The notes under the pieces are model-generated. The model ran no database searches. It worked only from the letters and a program-made list of their open reading frames with translations, and had not been told where the DNA came from. The position numbers and the translations under genes are program-made. From Erysipelotrichaceae bacterium MTC7 (GTDB taxonomy: Bacteria; Bacillota_I; Bacilli_A; Erysipelotrichales; Erysipelotrichaceae), in assembly GCA_001695645.1 (NCBI GenBank), contig LVZN01000017.1:1-32000 (forward strand): a DNA stretch of 32,000 nucleotides. Direction: 5' to 3'. This document shows positions 16,301 to 26,648 of the stretch, piece by piece. How positions within the stretch are numbered: position 1 is the stretch's first letter; the number at the start of each line of letters is the position of its first letter.

Positions 16301-16377
16301 TGGCGTCCCAGACAGGAGTCGAACCTGCGACGTTTCGCTTAGGAGGCGAACCCTCTATCCTGCTGAGGTACTGGGAC
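16301..16377 (-). tRNA. tRNA-Arg (anticodon CCU), 77 nt with encoded CCA
   Basis: Manual cloverleaf: acceptor GTCCCAG/CTGGGAC, D stem CCTC/GAGG, anticodon stem TTCGC/GCGAA, loop CTCCTAA, T stem GCAGG/CCTGT, T loop TTCGACT, discriminator G, then CCA. Confidence 0.92.
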
Positions 16378-16438
16378 ATTCTTAAAAATCTATTCAATTT
16401 TATCTAGTTATCATATCAAAAGGCGTTTGTTCCACCTA

Positions 16439-16480
16439 GCCCTTAGGAGGGGCGGGTTATATCCATTTAACTACGGAGGC
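16439..16480 (-). pseudogene. 5' half of a second tRNA with a CCT anticodon (acceptor 5' strand, D arm, anticodon arm). The T arm and acceptor 3' strand are missing.
   Basis: The minus strand reads GCCTCCG TA GTTA AATGGATA TAAC C CGCCC CTCCTAA GGGC. It then continues TAGGTGGAACAAACGCC, which has no T-loop and no complement to GCCTCCG. Confidence 0.5.
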
Positions 16481-16527
16481 GTGACCTCTATTATCATACT
16501 ACAAATGGATACAATTTTCATGGTAAT

Positions 16528-17598
16528 TTACTTTGTTGGGTCAACTAGCATAAAGTCACGCACTTTATGGACCGCTTGTTCATACGCTTCTGTAAAGTAA
16601 CGAAGCGTCATGATAACAGGAGGAAATGAATTGAAGTCCTCAACTTGAAGCGTATGTTCAGTATATGCTTGTACAAATGGTTCTAGTTTTTCCAGTTGTG
16701 CTAAAGTTGTTGGTGCAACTGGCTTTGCCATATTGTCTTCAATGTTTACATCACAAGAGGCAAACCGTTTTTGCCATTTGTAAGGAATGGTCATGATGAT
16801 ATCTCCACCAATAAATTCAGACCAGTGCAATTGATGACGATAGTATGCCGTTAGTATTCTTGTTTGATATCCTCGTTCTTTGAAGATGTGATAAATCTTT
16901 TTACAAATTGCAACACCTGCATAATTAAATGCATCTGGTTGAATTACAATATTTTCCTTATCTGCATATGCACGCAACCAGTCTTCTTGCATTCCTAGCA
17001 GAACCGCGCAAACAGGGTTTAGCGACGCGTTTGACTTTCCTTCAGCTGTTCTTCGCTTCATACCACTTTCGATAGCTGTAGCCGCTGCAATGGCTTGATC
17101 GACGCTAAAACATAATGTTGCCATAACACTGATGCCTTCATACGTAGCTTCTTCCATCGCTTTTATACCTTCACTTGTTGAAGGTATTTTCACTTGCATA
17201 TTTACATTACATGCATGTACATCACGCGCCATCTGCAGCATACGTTCTGCATGATTGTAATCATAGATACTTGTTTGAATGGAAAACCGCCCTTTGGTTG
17301 GGTGTCCTTCTTTCCACATTGGCAAGAACATCTTGCTGCGTTCTTTTCCCATTTCCAGTGTCCACTGCCAAATAAGCTCATATTCATTCATCGTTGGGTA
17401 TTTCTTTTGTAGTTCTTGAATGATCGGTTTGTGCAATTCTACTGGCTCATCACACATCATACGACTCACCCAAGTTAGACTTGTTGTCACTCCGGTGTTG
17501 TGATTTTCAATTGCGTATGCATGGTGATCTATATGGAAAGAATCCATCCAAATTTCCGTTTGTGGAAACTTTTCTTGTGTTTCGATTATTTTATTCAT
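16528..17598 (-). CDS. Transaldolase-family protein
   Basis: 356 aa. Contains VKIPSTSEGIKAMEE (Schiff-base Lys context) and MATLCFS, typical of the transaldolase/fructose-6-phosphate aldolase fold. Confidence 0.75.
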   Translation of the reverse strand: MNKIIETQEKFPQTEIWMDSFHIDHHAYAIENHNTGVTTSLTWVSRMMCDEPVELHKPIIQELQKKYPTMNEYELIWQWTLEMGKERSKMFLPMWKEGHPTKGRFSIQTSIYDYNHAERMLQMARDVHACNVNMQVKIPSTSEGIKAMEEATYEGISVMATLCFSVDQAIAAATAIESGMKRRTAEGKSNASLNPVCAVLLGMQEDWLRAYADKENIVIQPDAFNYAGVAICKKIYHIFKERGYQTRILTAYYRHQLHWSEFIGGDIIMTIPYKWQKRFASCDVNIEDNMAKPVAPTTLAQLEKLEPFVQAYTEHTLQVEDFNSFPPVIMTLRYFTEAYEQAVHKVRDFMLVDPTK

Positions 17599-17844
17599 AG
17601 TATGTCCCTCGCTTTACATACCCATCATAGTCGCTGTTACTTTGTCTTGCAAATACGAATCAAACAAAAACAAAAAAACAAGGGAATTCCTTTGAATCCC
17701 CATGTTTTTATATGTTTTCTCCAAAATTTTATTTTTTCGTAATATGGATTTTTAAAAACAAATTCCATCTATCACAATCAGTCATCTGTGATTCAACACG
17801 CTTTGTTTTTGTGTAGGTATCTTTATAGATACCCTTACACCGTT

Positions 17845-20800
17845 TTATGCTTTATCTTTTTCATCTTTTCTACGCTTGATTAAAATGATAATGAATCCAC
17901 TTCCAAGCAGTCCAAACATAAAGTAAATCACACCAGACAATTGTCCGTTTTGCATAATTGCGCCAAACGCTGCTTTTTGTCCCGTATTACTTCCTTTTAC
18001 TTTACCCTTATCTTTGCCTGCACTAGCACTTTGACTGTCTGTTTGACTTTCGTTTTTACCTTCAGTCACCATAGAAATATCTTTTCCATTTGTGTCATCG
18101 TCATCTATATCAATGGAAGGTAGAACTTGACTTCCTTGTTTATCTTCCTCTTTTTCTACTTTTGTTTCATTAGACTTTCCAGGTTGCTCAGGAATCGTTG
18201 GCTCTGATGGTTCAGGTTTCACTTCTGGTTTTTCAGGCGTTTCTGGTTCTGTTGGTTTTTCGTCTTTGATTTCCAACGTTGCCAATGCTTCATCCAGTTT
18301 TTCTGATAACGCTTGTAGTTGTGCTGCTTCTACATCAGCTGACTGTTCTGGTGTTGCCAAGAATGCTTCCGCATCACTAACCACAGACATCAGTCTTGCC
18401 ACGCTTGCTTCCGTATATGCCCCAAAGTTTGTTGCTTTGATTCCTTCTACTTTTGCACTTAAGTATGAACGATCTACTTTTAAGCGTAGTTGCGCGATTG
18501 CTTTTGCAAGTTTATTTACTTGTGTACTGATTTGCTCTGCTGTTGCATCTTCATCTTCATACACTTCTTTTGCTTCTGCTAATGCTTCTAATAATGCACC
18601 GTAGCTTTCTTTTGTATATCGGTCTGCATTTGCATCTTTTGCCTCTGCTAGTGAAATCATGTATGCAAGTGCATCCTTACTTGGTTTTAATACCAATTGT
18701 ACAAGTGTACTTTCCAACTGTTCATACGCTTCTTCAACCTCGTATGTAAGTGCTCCACCTTCAATACTCAATACTGCTTTTGCATTTTCTAGTGCAGCCA
18801 TAAAGTTTTCTTTTGCTTCATTGTTCATGTAGTCATCTAAATTCACTGCAAGACATTCATCATAAAGTGCTTGTAACTTTGTCGTATCTGCTTTGATGTA
18901 ATCAAGTAGTTCAAGTGCTTCTGTCAATCTAATAATTGAAAGACTCATTGCTTCACTTGTTGCATTTGCATCTTCATACAAGTCAATTGCTTCTTCTAGT
19001 GCAGCATAGTATTCTGCTTTTGCACCATCAATTAGCTTATCTACATTTCCGTTATCTACTTCAACTTGTGCGAGGTCGATGAAGATTTTCAGAATTTGTT
19101 TTTCCATAGATTCTGGTACCACTTGTTCCAATCCTTTATAAGCTTCATCTAATGAAGCGTATGCTTGATCAATTGCTTCTTGCGTTGGTGCATCACCACT
19201 TACGACTGCTTTTGCTGTCTCCAATGCTTCTTGAAGTGCAGTCCAGCTTTCTGGTGTATATGCTTCTTCGTCTAATGTTTCAACTGTCTCAATTAACGTG
19301 TTAAGTTCACTCATATCTACAGCAGGTTCTGCTACATCATAAACAACAGTAATCATCGTATCGGCACTTCGATCTTCCGCTACAAGGTAAGCTCTTTGCA
19401 CGTGTTCGTATATTGGGAGTATCGTAGTTGCAGCATTGTTGCTTGTAATATCTAGTTCAGGGTAATTTGAATCCTCTAAACGAACAACATATGTCTTTGT
19501 TTGTTCATCATACGATTCAAAACCATTAAAAGATTCTATAGGCGTACCATTTAAGGTAACTTCCTCGATATTGATTGAACCGTTTGCTTCAGGAACATTA
19601 ACTGATTCATATACCTCAATTTCGGTTAATCCGATACATTTACCAACTGTTGGTGATTTCAGCCAAACCCTTAAACTTTGTGTTTCTATGGCATGAATAA
19701 AGCCATATGGTGTATCACCTGCAAGATAAGACACTTGGGTAATATGCGATGATTCAATTTCTTTCCATGTATTATCTTTTGTATCTAAATATTCAAAACG
19801 AACATTATCGTCTCCAGGCACGACACTAAACGCATTGTCTGTAAAGTGCCATAGTTTTACATTTTGCATTTTATGTGGCTCTGACCAATCTAATTGCACA
19901 TAAGTATCAACAGTAGGGTTTTCATTCCGAAGTCCCCAGTTTGTCCACCTTGCACTTTCTCTAACACTTTCTGTTTTTACACCATCATTTAGTTCTAGTA
20001 ATGAGTCATTGATAGCTGTTGTACTTGGATCACTGACAACTCCATTTCGTAATGTCCCATTTTTAAATACAGGAGCACCTACAAAGTTCTTACTTGCAAT
20101 ATTTTTAGCATCCGCTAATTTATCAAGTACTCTAAGGCTCAAATTTGCTGTGTACACTTCATTTAAGACACTCAGAGAACCAACGATGTTTTTCATTCCC
20201 TTTGTTGCATAATCATCACTGCTGAGTTCCCAAGAAACTGGAAAATACTCACTAAATGTCCCATCAGCGTAAAATCCACGTAATGTCTGTGGTAGTTTTG
20301 GCATAACTTCCGCCGTTGTCATTGTTGCATAGTTTTCGAAAGCTACAATATCACCAATAACATGTATTTTCATTGTTACAGGAATGCTTTTTCCATCAAT
20401 TGTACCTTCTACATCAAATACTTGAATTTCACTAACATCTTCTTCACTAACTGCATTCCATGTAATAGATAAGTCAACCTTGCTTCCATCGCTGTTAGTA
20501 CCTGTTACCGAACTTGGTAAGGCTGGTATCGTTCCTTGTGCCACGTAAACATCTTTTGACATCGTGTAGTAGCTTAAGTATGCATCATCACTTGATGTAT
20601 CTTTACCTGTTTGCACCGTTACACTTGTACTTTCTAGTCCATCGCTAGTGGCTTTTAGTGTGAATGATCCTTCCTCTTTTGTAGATTGCACAATAACCAG
20701 TGCTTTTCCACTAAACGCTTTGCGAGATGAACCCTTGTACGATTCAATGCTTGCTGCATTTCCATTATCGACACCAACAATTTTCCCATTTCCCTCTATG

Positions 20801-23241
20801 GAGAAATCAATCTTGTTATTTGCACCTGCTACAAAGTTACCATCAGCATCTTGTACATCAACCGTGATATATGCAAGACTAGAACCGTTTGCGATAATTT
20901 CACTTTTGTCAGCGTTAGCAACTAATTTAGCTGTCGAAACAGTTGTTGTTGCTGATTGGTTTCCAACAGTTTCCTCAATTACATTTCCTTCTTTATCTAG
21001 TGCAACTGCACGAAGTGCTCCTGCTGCCCAAGTTACTTCAAATGATGGATAGAATTTATTTCCAAACTTTTGATACTTGTATCCTGTTGTAGTTGTATAT
21101 TCCGTCGCTGTTTGTGTTCCTACTTTTTCATCATTTAAGTACAATTCGACCGTATGTGCATTTGAGTACACATCAACTTGTACTTTTCCATTCCCATTTT
21201 TGACAATCTCATCATTGTTCCAATTGGACATGATGTGTAATGTATCATTCTTTTCATCCCACAAGCTCTTATATAAATAATATGTATCTTTAGGGAATCC
21301 CGCAGTATCAACAATCCCAAAATACGAAGAATTCGGTGTTGGACCTTGACCGCTTACACTTCCTTGACCTACTCCATTCCAAGGTGTTGGTTCACCTAAA
21401 TAATCAAAACCAGTCCAAACAAATTGACCTGCATTAAAGTCGTTTTCAATAACATAACTCCAAGCATTACTTGCAGAGTGACCCCAACCTACTTTTGCTT
21501 GATCGTTATCATATTCACTTAATTGAAGATTTGTTCCATCGGTGCCATATGTACTATAAATACCACGACTATGAATCGCACTTGTTGTTTCAGCACCGTA
21601 TAATTTCCATTCGGGATTTTGTGAATGCTTATTTTTGAATGCAGTTGCAGTAGCGTAGTTAAAACCAACAACTCCGCCTGCTTCATGAATGATTTGATCA
21701 ATTTTTCCAACGTTCCCATCTCCGCGTCGGTTATCACCAATCGTTACTGGACGGGTTGCATCAGTTTCTTGAATCCAGCGGATAATATCACGCGATAATT
21801 CAACATAATGCGATGTATTACCAGATACTCCTTCATCAATTTCATTACCAATTGACCACATAATAATGGATGGATTATTAATACCACTTCTTACCATTGC
21901 TTTAGCATCAAACTCTCCCCATTTCATCCCCGTACTTCCATGGAGAATTTCATTATCTTCCTCAATAAGCGTATTAAAATACTTCGTGTAATCATTCGTA
22001 TTTCCATTCTTATATTCAGTCCAACCATCAAAAGCTTCATTGATTACGAGCATTCCCTCTTCATCACAAATTTCAAGTAATGCTGTTGCAGCTGGGTTGT
22101 GTGTTACTCTAATTGCATTTGCACCCATTTCTTTTAGGATTTTAACTTGTCGTGCGATTGCATCACGGTTTGCGACAGCTCCTAACGATCCTTGATCATG
22201 GTGCATAGATACACCTTTAAGTTTCATTTTCTCACCATTTAGTGAGAATCCAGTGTTTGCATCAAAGTTATAATGTCGGAATCCGTAAACCGTATCGTAT
22301 GTATCTATTGTTTTATCAGCTTTGCTAACTTCAACACGAACTGTATATAAATAAGGATTCTCTATTGACCATGTTGTTACATTTTCAACATCCATAGTAG
22401 TATTGAATTCAGTTGTGCCATTTACTTCGATGCTTTTGTTTTGTTTTCCTGATGTGGAAACAATTTTCCCCTTTGCATCAACAAGGCTAGTTTTCACATC
22501 AACTGTTTGTCTATCTTCACTATCATTATCTACAGTTGTAACTACGTTTAATTCACCATTTCCATTTACAATGATATTTTCTGCATCTGCCGTTACAACA
22601 ACTCCAGTGTTTGCCACATGCACTTCATCTGCAACCGTTAGTTTTACATCGCGATAGATTCCACTACCTGAATACCATCGACTACTCGGTAGCTTATTAT
22701 CTGTTTTTACCGCGATAACATTTTCTGTTTTCCCATCAATTACAAGATGGTCCTTTAAATTGTATGCAAATGCTGTATATCCATATGGATGTGTACCTAT
22801 TTTCTTGCCATTTACATATATTTCTGAATTCATATATGCACCATCAAATTCAATAGTAAGTTGTTTGTCTGCATATTTTTCTGGCACAATGAATTCTTTG
22901 CGATACCAACCAACACCACCAAGTAAAAACCCACTTTCAGCCTCACCAGCGACAGTAAACTCTGTATCTATACTATAGTCGTGTGGTAAAGTGATTGACT
23001 CCCACTCTTGTGTGTCGATTCCTTGTTTTTCCGCATCCTGTTTATTTCCACGATAAAACTTCCAATTTTCATTAAAATTTGTTGTTCGCTCCGATTCCCC
23101 GATAATATCTACGTAAATATCCTCGGGTTTTGTGAAACTGACCTGTTCATTATTTTTTTTCATAACGTTTGTATTCATTGGTAGACTTGTAAAACTAAGC
23201 AATGATACTAACGCTACAATACCAAGTTTTTTAATATTCAT
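17845..23241 (-). CDS. Large surface-anchored GH2 beta-galactosidase (BgaA-like), 1798 aa. Architecture: signal peptide, GH2 core, Ig-like/Big domains, F5/8 type C domain, FIVAR stalk, Pro/Glu linker, C-terminal anchor.
   Basis: Start chosen at MNIKKLGIVALVSLLSFTSLP, behind RBS AAAAGGGG. GH2 motifs: NAIRVTHNP, acid/base in IMWSIGNE (Glu codon 21841-21843), nucleophile context LYGAETTSA (Glu codon 21589-21591). FIVAR-like YTPESWTALQEALETAKAVV repeats. Confidence 0.88.
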   Translation of the reverse strand: MNIKKLGIVALVSLLSFTSLPMNTNVMKKNNEQVSFTKPEDIYVDIIGESERTTNFNENWKFYRGNKQDAEKQGIDTQEWESITLPHDYSIDTEFTVAGEAESGFLLGGVGWYRKEFIVPEKYADKQLTIEFDGAYMNSEIYVNGKKIGTHPYGYTAFAYNLKDHLVIDGKTENVIAVKTDNKLPSSRWYSGSGIYRDVKLTVADEVHVANTGVVVTADAENIIVNGNGELNVVTTVDNDSEDRQTVDVKTSLVDAKGKIVSTSGKQNKSIEVNGTTEFNTTMDVENVTTWSIENPYLYTVRVEVSKADKTIDTYDTVYGFRHYNFDANTGFSLNGEKMKLKGVSMHHDQGSLGAVANRDAIARQVKILKEMGANAIRVTHNPAATALLEICDEEGMLVINEAFDGWTEYKNGNTNDYTKYFNTLIEEDNEILHGSTGMKWGEFDAKAMVRSGINNPSIIMWSIGNEIDEGVSGNTSHYVELSRDIIRWIQETDATRPVTIGDNRRGDGNVGKIDQIIHEAGGVVGFNYATATAFKNKHSQNPEWKLYGAETTSAIHSRGIYSTYGTDGTNLQLSEYDNDQAKVGWGHSASNAWSYVIENDFNAGQFVWTGFDYLGEPTPWNGVGQGSVSGQGPTPNSSYFGIVDTAGFPKDTYYLYKSLWDEKNDTLHIMSNWNNDEIVKNGNGKVQVDVYSNAHTVELYLNDEKVGTQTATEYTTTTGYKYQKFGNKFYPSFEVTWAAGALRAVALDKEGNVIEETVGNQSATTTVSTAKLVANADKSEIIANGSSLAYITVDVQDADGNFVAGANNKIDFSIEGNGKIVGVDNGNAASIESYKGSSRKAFSGKALVIVQSTKEEGSFTLKATSDGLESTSVTVQTGKDTSSDDAYLSYYTMSKDVYVAQGTIPALPSSVTGTNSDGSKVDLSITWNAVSEEDVSEIQVFDVEGTIDGKSIPVTMKIHVIGDIVAFENYATMTTAEVMPKLPQTLRGFYADGTFSEYFPVSWELSSDDYATKGMKNIVGSLSVLNEVYTANLSLRVLDKLADAKNIASKNFVGAPVFKNGTLRNGVVSDPSTTAINDSLLELNDGVKTESVRESARWTNWGLRNENPTVDTYVQLDWSEPHKMQNVKLWHFTDNAFSVVPGDDNVRFEYLDTKDNTWKEIESSHITQVSYLAGDTPYGFIHAIETQSLRVWLKSPTVGKCIGLTEIEVYESVNVPEANGSINIEEVTLNGTPIESFNGFESYDEQTKTYVVRLEDSNYPELDITSNNAATTILPIYEHVQRAYLVAEDRSADTMITVVYDVAEPAVDMSELNTLIETVETLDEEAYTPESWTALQEALETAKAVVSGDAPTQEAIDQAYASLDEAYKGLEQVVPESMEKQILKIFIDLAQVEVDNGNVDKLIDGAKAEYYAALEEAIDLYEDANATSEAMSLSIIRLTEALELLDYIKADTTKLQALYDECLAVNLDDYMNNEAKENFMAALENAKAVLSIEGGALTYEVEEAYEQLESTLVQLVLKPSKDALAYMISLAEAKDANADRYTKESYGALLEALAEAKEVYEDEDATAEQISTQVNKLAKAIAQLRLKVDRSYLSAKVEGIKATNFGAYTEASVARLMSVVSDAEAFLATPEQSADVEAAQLQALSEKLDEALATLEIKDEKPTEPETPEKPEVKPEPSEPTIPEQPGKSNETKVEKEEDKQGSQVLPSIDIDDDDTNGKDISMVTEGKNESQTDSQSASAGKDKGKVKGSNTGQKAAFGAIMQNGQLSGVIYFMFGLLGSGFIIILIKRRKDEKDKA
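18182..19320 (-). repeat. Copy 1 of a 1139-bp near-identical direct repeat (FIVAR stalk plus Pro/Glu linker coding region)
   Basis: Collinear with 29211-30349 at a constant offset of 11029 bp with no indels seen. The encoded peptides differ at 10 residues, counted by eye. Confidence 0.9.
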
Positions 23242-23266
23242 AGATTCCCCTTTTATTAAATAAGTA

Positions 23267-23298
23267 CTCTTGCTCTTTTCTATACCTTTAAGCAAGAG
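23267..23298 (-). terminator. Intergenic hairpin between the GH20 and GH2 genes (8-bp stem CTCTTGCT/AGCAAGAG, 16-nt loop)
   Basis: The inverted repeat was read directly. Only a moderately T-rich tract follows on the minus strand. Confidence 0.35.
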
Positions 23299-23318
23299 CA
23301 CTTCACAATTGTATTATT

Positions 23319-26300
23319 TTAAATTCTTTCCTTTTTCTTTTTAAAGAGTAAAATCATTACACCTAAAAGTGAACTGATGCATATCAATCCTAAAGTTCCA
23401 GATTGTGTTTCATCACCACTATTCACATTCTTTGATGGTTTTGTTGAAGAGCCATCCTTTGTATCAACAGAAGGATTTGATATTACATAATCTGGATGAT
23501 TTGGCTTTGTATGACTAGCATCTCCATTTGCTTTCTTTTCCAAGCCATATACAGCTTCATCTAGTATTTTTGATAATTCCAGCATCATGTTTGCTTCTTG
23601 TTGTGCATCACCCTCTGGTGTTATTAAAAACGCTTCAACCTTTTCTATGGCTTCCATTAGTTTTGTAACGGAAGCTTCTGTATACATATCGTAAGAGATA
23701 GATTTAATTGCTTTTACCTTCTCTTCCAAGTAACTTCTATCAACTTTTAGTCGAAGGCTCGAAATTGCCATTGATAAATCCGATACCTGTTTTTCAACTT
23801 CTGCTTTTGTTGCTTCAGGATTATCGTAGACTACTTGTGATTTACTTAATGCTTCAACTAGTGCAGCATATGAAGTTTCAGTATAACGTTCGTGCATTGA
23901 AGATTTACTATTTGCAACATTAATCAAGTATGCAAGCAAGCTCTTATCTGGTTTGCTAACCAATCCTGCGTATGTAGTATTTAAGTTTTCTAGTGCTTCA
24001 TCGATTTCTGGTTGCAATGCTCCGCCTTCTAACGTTAGTATTCCATAAGCATATTCTAGTGCTTCAATAAATAGCTCTTTAGTAGCACCATTATGATATT
24101 TATCTAAATCAAGTGCATTACATGTGTCATATAATTGTTGAAGTAAAGTAAGATCACCTTTAACTAAGCTTAGGTATGTAAATGCTTCTGATAACCTTAT
24201 AACACTTGCATTTACTTCTTCTTCTGTTGCATCCACTTTTTCATAAATCGTTTTTGCTTCTGCTAATGCTTCTAACACTTCTGTTTTTGCTGGACCAATT
24301 AATTCATCCACATATCCAAGTGTTACATTTTCATCCATCATATCAATGAATAATTTCAATGCTGTTTTTTGAACATCCGTGCTTTCTGTTTCATCCTTTT
24401 CGAAAGTCACATTTACAATCGTATGCATTGTTGGGATGAATGTGTATGGGTTATCTGTAACTACAGTTGCTTCATCTCTTGTACGTTCACTAATAGACCA
24501 AGATTTAAAGACATAACCATTACTTGGTAATGCATTGATCGTAACTGAACCATCTTCATTTCTAGTTACCTCAACTGATCCATGTGAAGTATCTTCAATT
24601 TTAATTTCTACCGAATATGGCACGAATTTAGTACTAAGATTAACATCATTTTCAAATGGCTTAGCAACATCTACTTTAGTATCTCCTTCATAGTATCCAT
24701 CAAATTCATATCCTGGCTTTTGAGGTCGTGGTAAGTCTAGCCCTTCACCTACAGGAACAAGATATTCCGTACCATCAATGTCAACAACATATGCTTCTCT
24801 TGTAAAACGAGCCTCCAAATTTGTATTCGCATTTACGGTAAATGTTAGTGTTGAATCTGTTGAAATCACTGTATCACTAAAATCAATCCACCCTATAAAT
24901 ACATATCCCTTTGCTGGTGTTGCCGTTAACGTTACTTCTGTACCAGCATCATATTGCCCTGTACCGTCTACCGTGCCTTCACCAGTATAATCAACATATA
25001 CATTCATCTGTGATTTAGGTATGGAAGCTACATCAAACTCAGACACAGCGACCCAACCATCATTTGATGACTTTGCAACAAACTTTATGTAACGAACGTC
25101 CTGTTCATCAAAGTAAAACGTCTTTTGCGAACGATCTGCTGCAAATAAAGCATCTTCAGCTACTTGAATCCATTCTTCATCATTTGAAGCCTTCACAAAT
25201 AAATCTGCTTTAGTAACAAGACCACTATTTGTGTCTGTACGCGGTGTAAATGAGAAACTATTAATTGTATAAGTTTCATTCATATCGATTTCAGCATAAA
25301 AAGTGTTGTTTCCTGTCAGTTTATCAGTTGCACCTTTCCAGTTAGAATGCCATATCGAAGATGCGTTATTATCAAACGCATAACTTAAACGACCTTCAAC
25401 ATCGTTATAAATTGTTTCCGTATTTGTTTGCCCAGCCCATGCACTCTTATTGTATGTATCTACAGAATGTGTCTTGGACACTTTGACATTATCAATCGTC
25501 GCTTGCACTGCATTTGTCTTTGAGCCAATTCGTTGAATTGGAATGTTAAAACTAGCATTTGTTAGGTTTTCCTTCTTAAGAATATCGTTATGGAAATATT
25601 TACCAACAGCATTTCCAATAAATTTACCATTGACATGCAATTCTGTTTTTTGTTGCTTTGATACAATTCTAATATTTACATTTTTCCCCACAGGCAACGT
25701 ATAGTCAAATTCATAGTCGTATAGCTCTCTTGTAAATCCAAGTTTACCTGATTCCATAATTCGAATATCCTGTGTACCATAAGCAGCATCACTTTCAAAA
25801 ATGACTTGACCAGGTTTTCCTACCTTATTCATTGTAATATCAAAAGAAAGTTCATTACCCTTACCTACTTTTGTTATTGGCGTTTCAACATATGATTTTT
25901 TCTGATCCAAAACTAACGCATCCTCATCAAGTTTCGCTTTGTTTTCTAATATGTCTCGATTGTTTCCACTAGTATCTGACAAATCACCGAAAGTATATGT
26001 CGCAAGTTCATCCGTCTTAGATTCCAATTGAAAATATGGATTCGTTCTTGGCCCAATTCCGACATTACTTGCAATTGTTGTGAGATTATCAATCGTTCCT
26101 TTTTCTTTTCCAGTTGCTGCCCATGTTTTTTCAGCATATACAGGTAAGGCATCAAAGAAACGATAGAAATAATCTGACTCATCTAAGCCGGAAGCATGTT
26201 TATCAATATTGTCACTCCATATAGCAAAAACTGCCCCTAAAGCTTGATCATCTCCTGAAGGTATGTATTTCCATCCACTGCTTCTTGTTGCAACCAGGTT

Positions 26301-26648
26301 TGCTTCAAAATTATTAAATACACTATTTATGTTTAACAAATCTCCGTATGCACCTCTTCCCATGCCTCCATTTGGAACCATGTAGTTATAACTATCAATG
26401 GTATTGATTAGTTTATAACCCATATCGTACATTTCTATGCCATCAGCCCATCCTGAAGACCATAAATTCATTTCTACATTCTCAATTGCTTCATCTATGA
26501 TTTGTGTTTTACCATCGTTAATCCATGTCAAACCACCCCACATACGCACCGTGTTTGTTTCTTTAATATAGGGAACAATTTGATTCACAAACTTACGATA
26601 TGCAGTATAATCTGAGAGAAACTCATCTGCTCCGATATGGACGATCGT
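23319..26648 (-). CDS. GH20 gene, C-terminal fragment: HIGADE catalytic motif and the rest of the barrel, a lectin-like domain, an F5/8 type C domain, an InlB-B-repeat-like domain, a FIVAR stalk and a C-terminal anchor. There is no signal peptide or convincing RBS of its own.
   Basis: The frame is open from directly after the TAA. The ORF-track start is only a GTG at 26588. Catalytic Asp-Glu codons lie at 26622-26627. Also contains WGG and IWSD motifs of GH20. Confidence 0.7.
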   Translation of the reverse strand, partial: TIVHIGADEFLSDYTAYRKFVNQIVPYIKETNTVRMWGGLTWINDGKTQIIDEAIENVEMNLWSSGWADGIEMYDMGYKLINTIDSYNYMVPNGGMGRGAYGDLLNINSVFNNFEANLVATRSSGWKYIPSGDDQALGAVFAIWSDNIDKHASGLDESDYFYRFFDALPVYAEKTWAATGKEKGTIDNLTTIASNVGIGPRTNPYFQLESKTDELATYTFGDLSDTSGNNRDILENKAKLDEDALVLDQKKSYVETPITKVGKGNELSFDITMNKVGKPGQVIFESDAAYGTQDIRIMESGKLGFTRELYDYEFDYTLPVGKNVNIRIVSKQQKTELHVNGKFIGNAVGKYFHNDILKKENLTNASFNIPIQRIGSKTNAVQATIDNVKVSKTHSVDTYNKSAWAGQTNTETIYNDVEGRLSYAFDNNASSIWHSNWKGATDKLTGNNTFYAEIDMNETYTINSFSFTPRTDTNSGLVTKADLFVKASNDEEWIQVAEDALFAADRSQKTFYFDEQDVRYIKFVAKSSNDGWVAVSEFDVASIPKSQMNVYVDYTGEGTVDGTGQYDAGTEVTLTATPAKGYVFIGWIDFSDTVISTDSTLTFTVNANTNLEARFTREAYVVDIDGTEYLVPVGEGLDLPRPQKPGYEFDGYYEGDTKVDVAKPFENDVNLSTKFVPYSVEIKIEDTSHGSVEVTRNEDGSVTINALPSNGYVFKSWSISERTRDEATVVTDNPYTFIPTMHTIVNVTFEKDETESTDVQKTALKLFIDMMDENVTLGYVDELIGPAKTEVLEALAEAKTIYEKVDATEEEVNASVIRLSEAFTYLSLVKGDLTLLQQLYDTCNALDLDKYHNGATKELFIEALEYAYGILTLEGGALQPEIDEALENLNTTYAGLVSKPDKSLLAYLINVANSKSSMHERYTETSYAALVEALSKSQVVYDNPEATKAEVEKQVSDLSMAISSLRLKVDRSYLEEKVKAIKSISYDMYTEASVTKLMEAIEKVEAFLITPEGDAQQEANMMLELSKILDEAVYGLEKKANGDASHTKPNHPDYVISNPSVDTKDGSSTKPSKNVNSGDETQSGTLGLICISSLLGVMILLFKKKKERI

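Noticed and set aside
16182-16397. 71-aa minus-strand ORF
   Set aside because: It is composed of the tRNA-Arg gene and its terminator read as protein.
16420-16500. Attempt to fold the second tRNA-like sequence as a complete tRNA, or as a plus-strand tRNA
   Set aside because: No T arm (no GTTCRANYC-like loop) and no 3' complement to the acceptor strand GCCTCCG could be found on either strand. It is kept only as a 5' fragment.
17816-17833. GGTATCT-TTAT-AGATACC hairpin after the GH2 stop as a terminator
   Set aside because: It has only a 7-bp AT-rich stem and no U-tract on the minus strand, which is too weak to call.
18266-21280. Plus-strand ORFs antisense to the GH2 gene (e.g. 18266-18604, 18543-18749, 20648-21052), with twins at 29295-29522 and 29572-29778
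   Set aside because: They are antisense shadows of a biased, Ala/Glu/Leu-rich coding region. The duplicates simply reflect the 1139-bp repeat.
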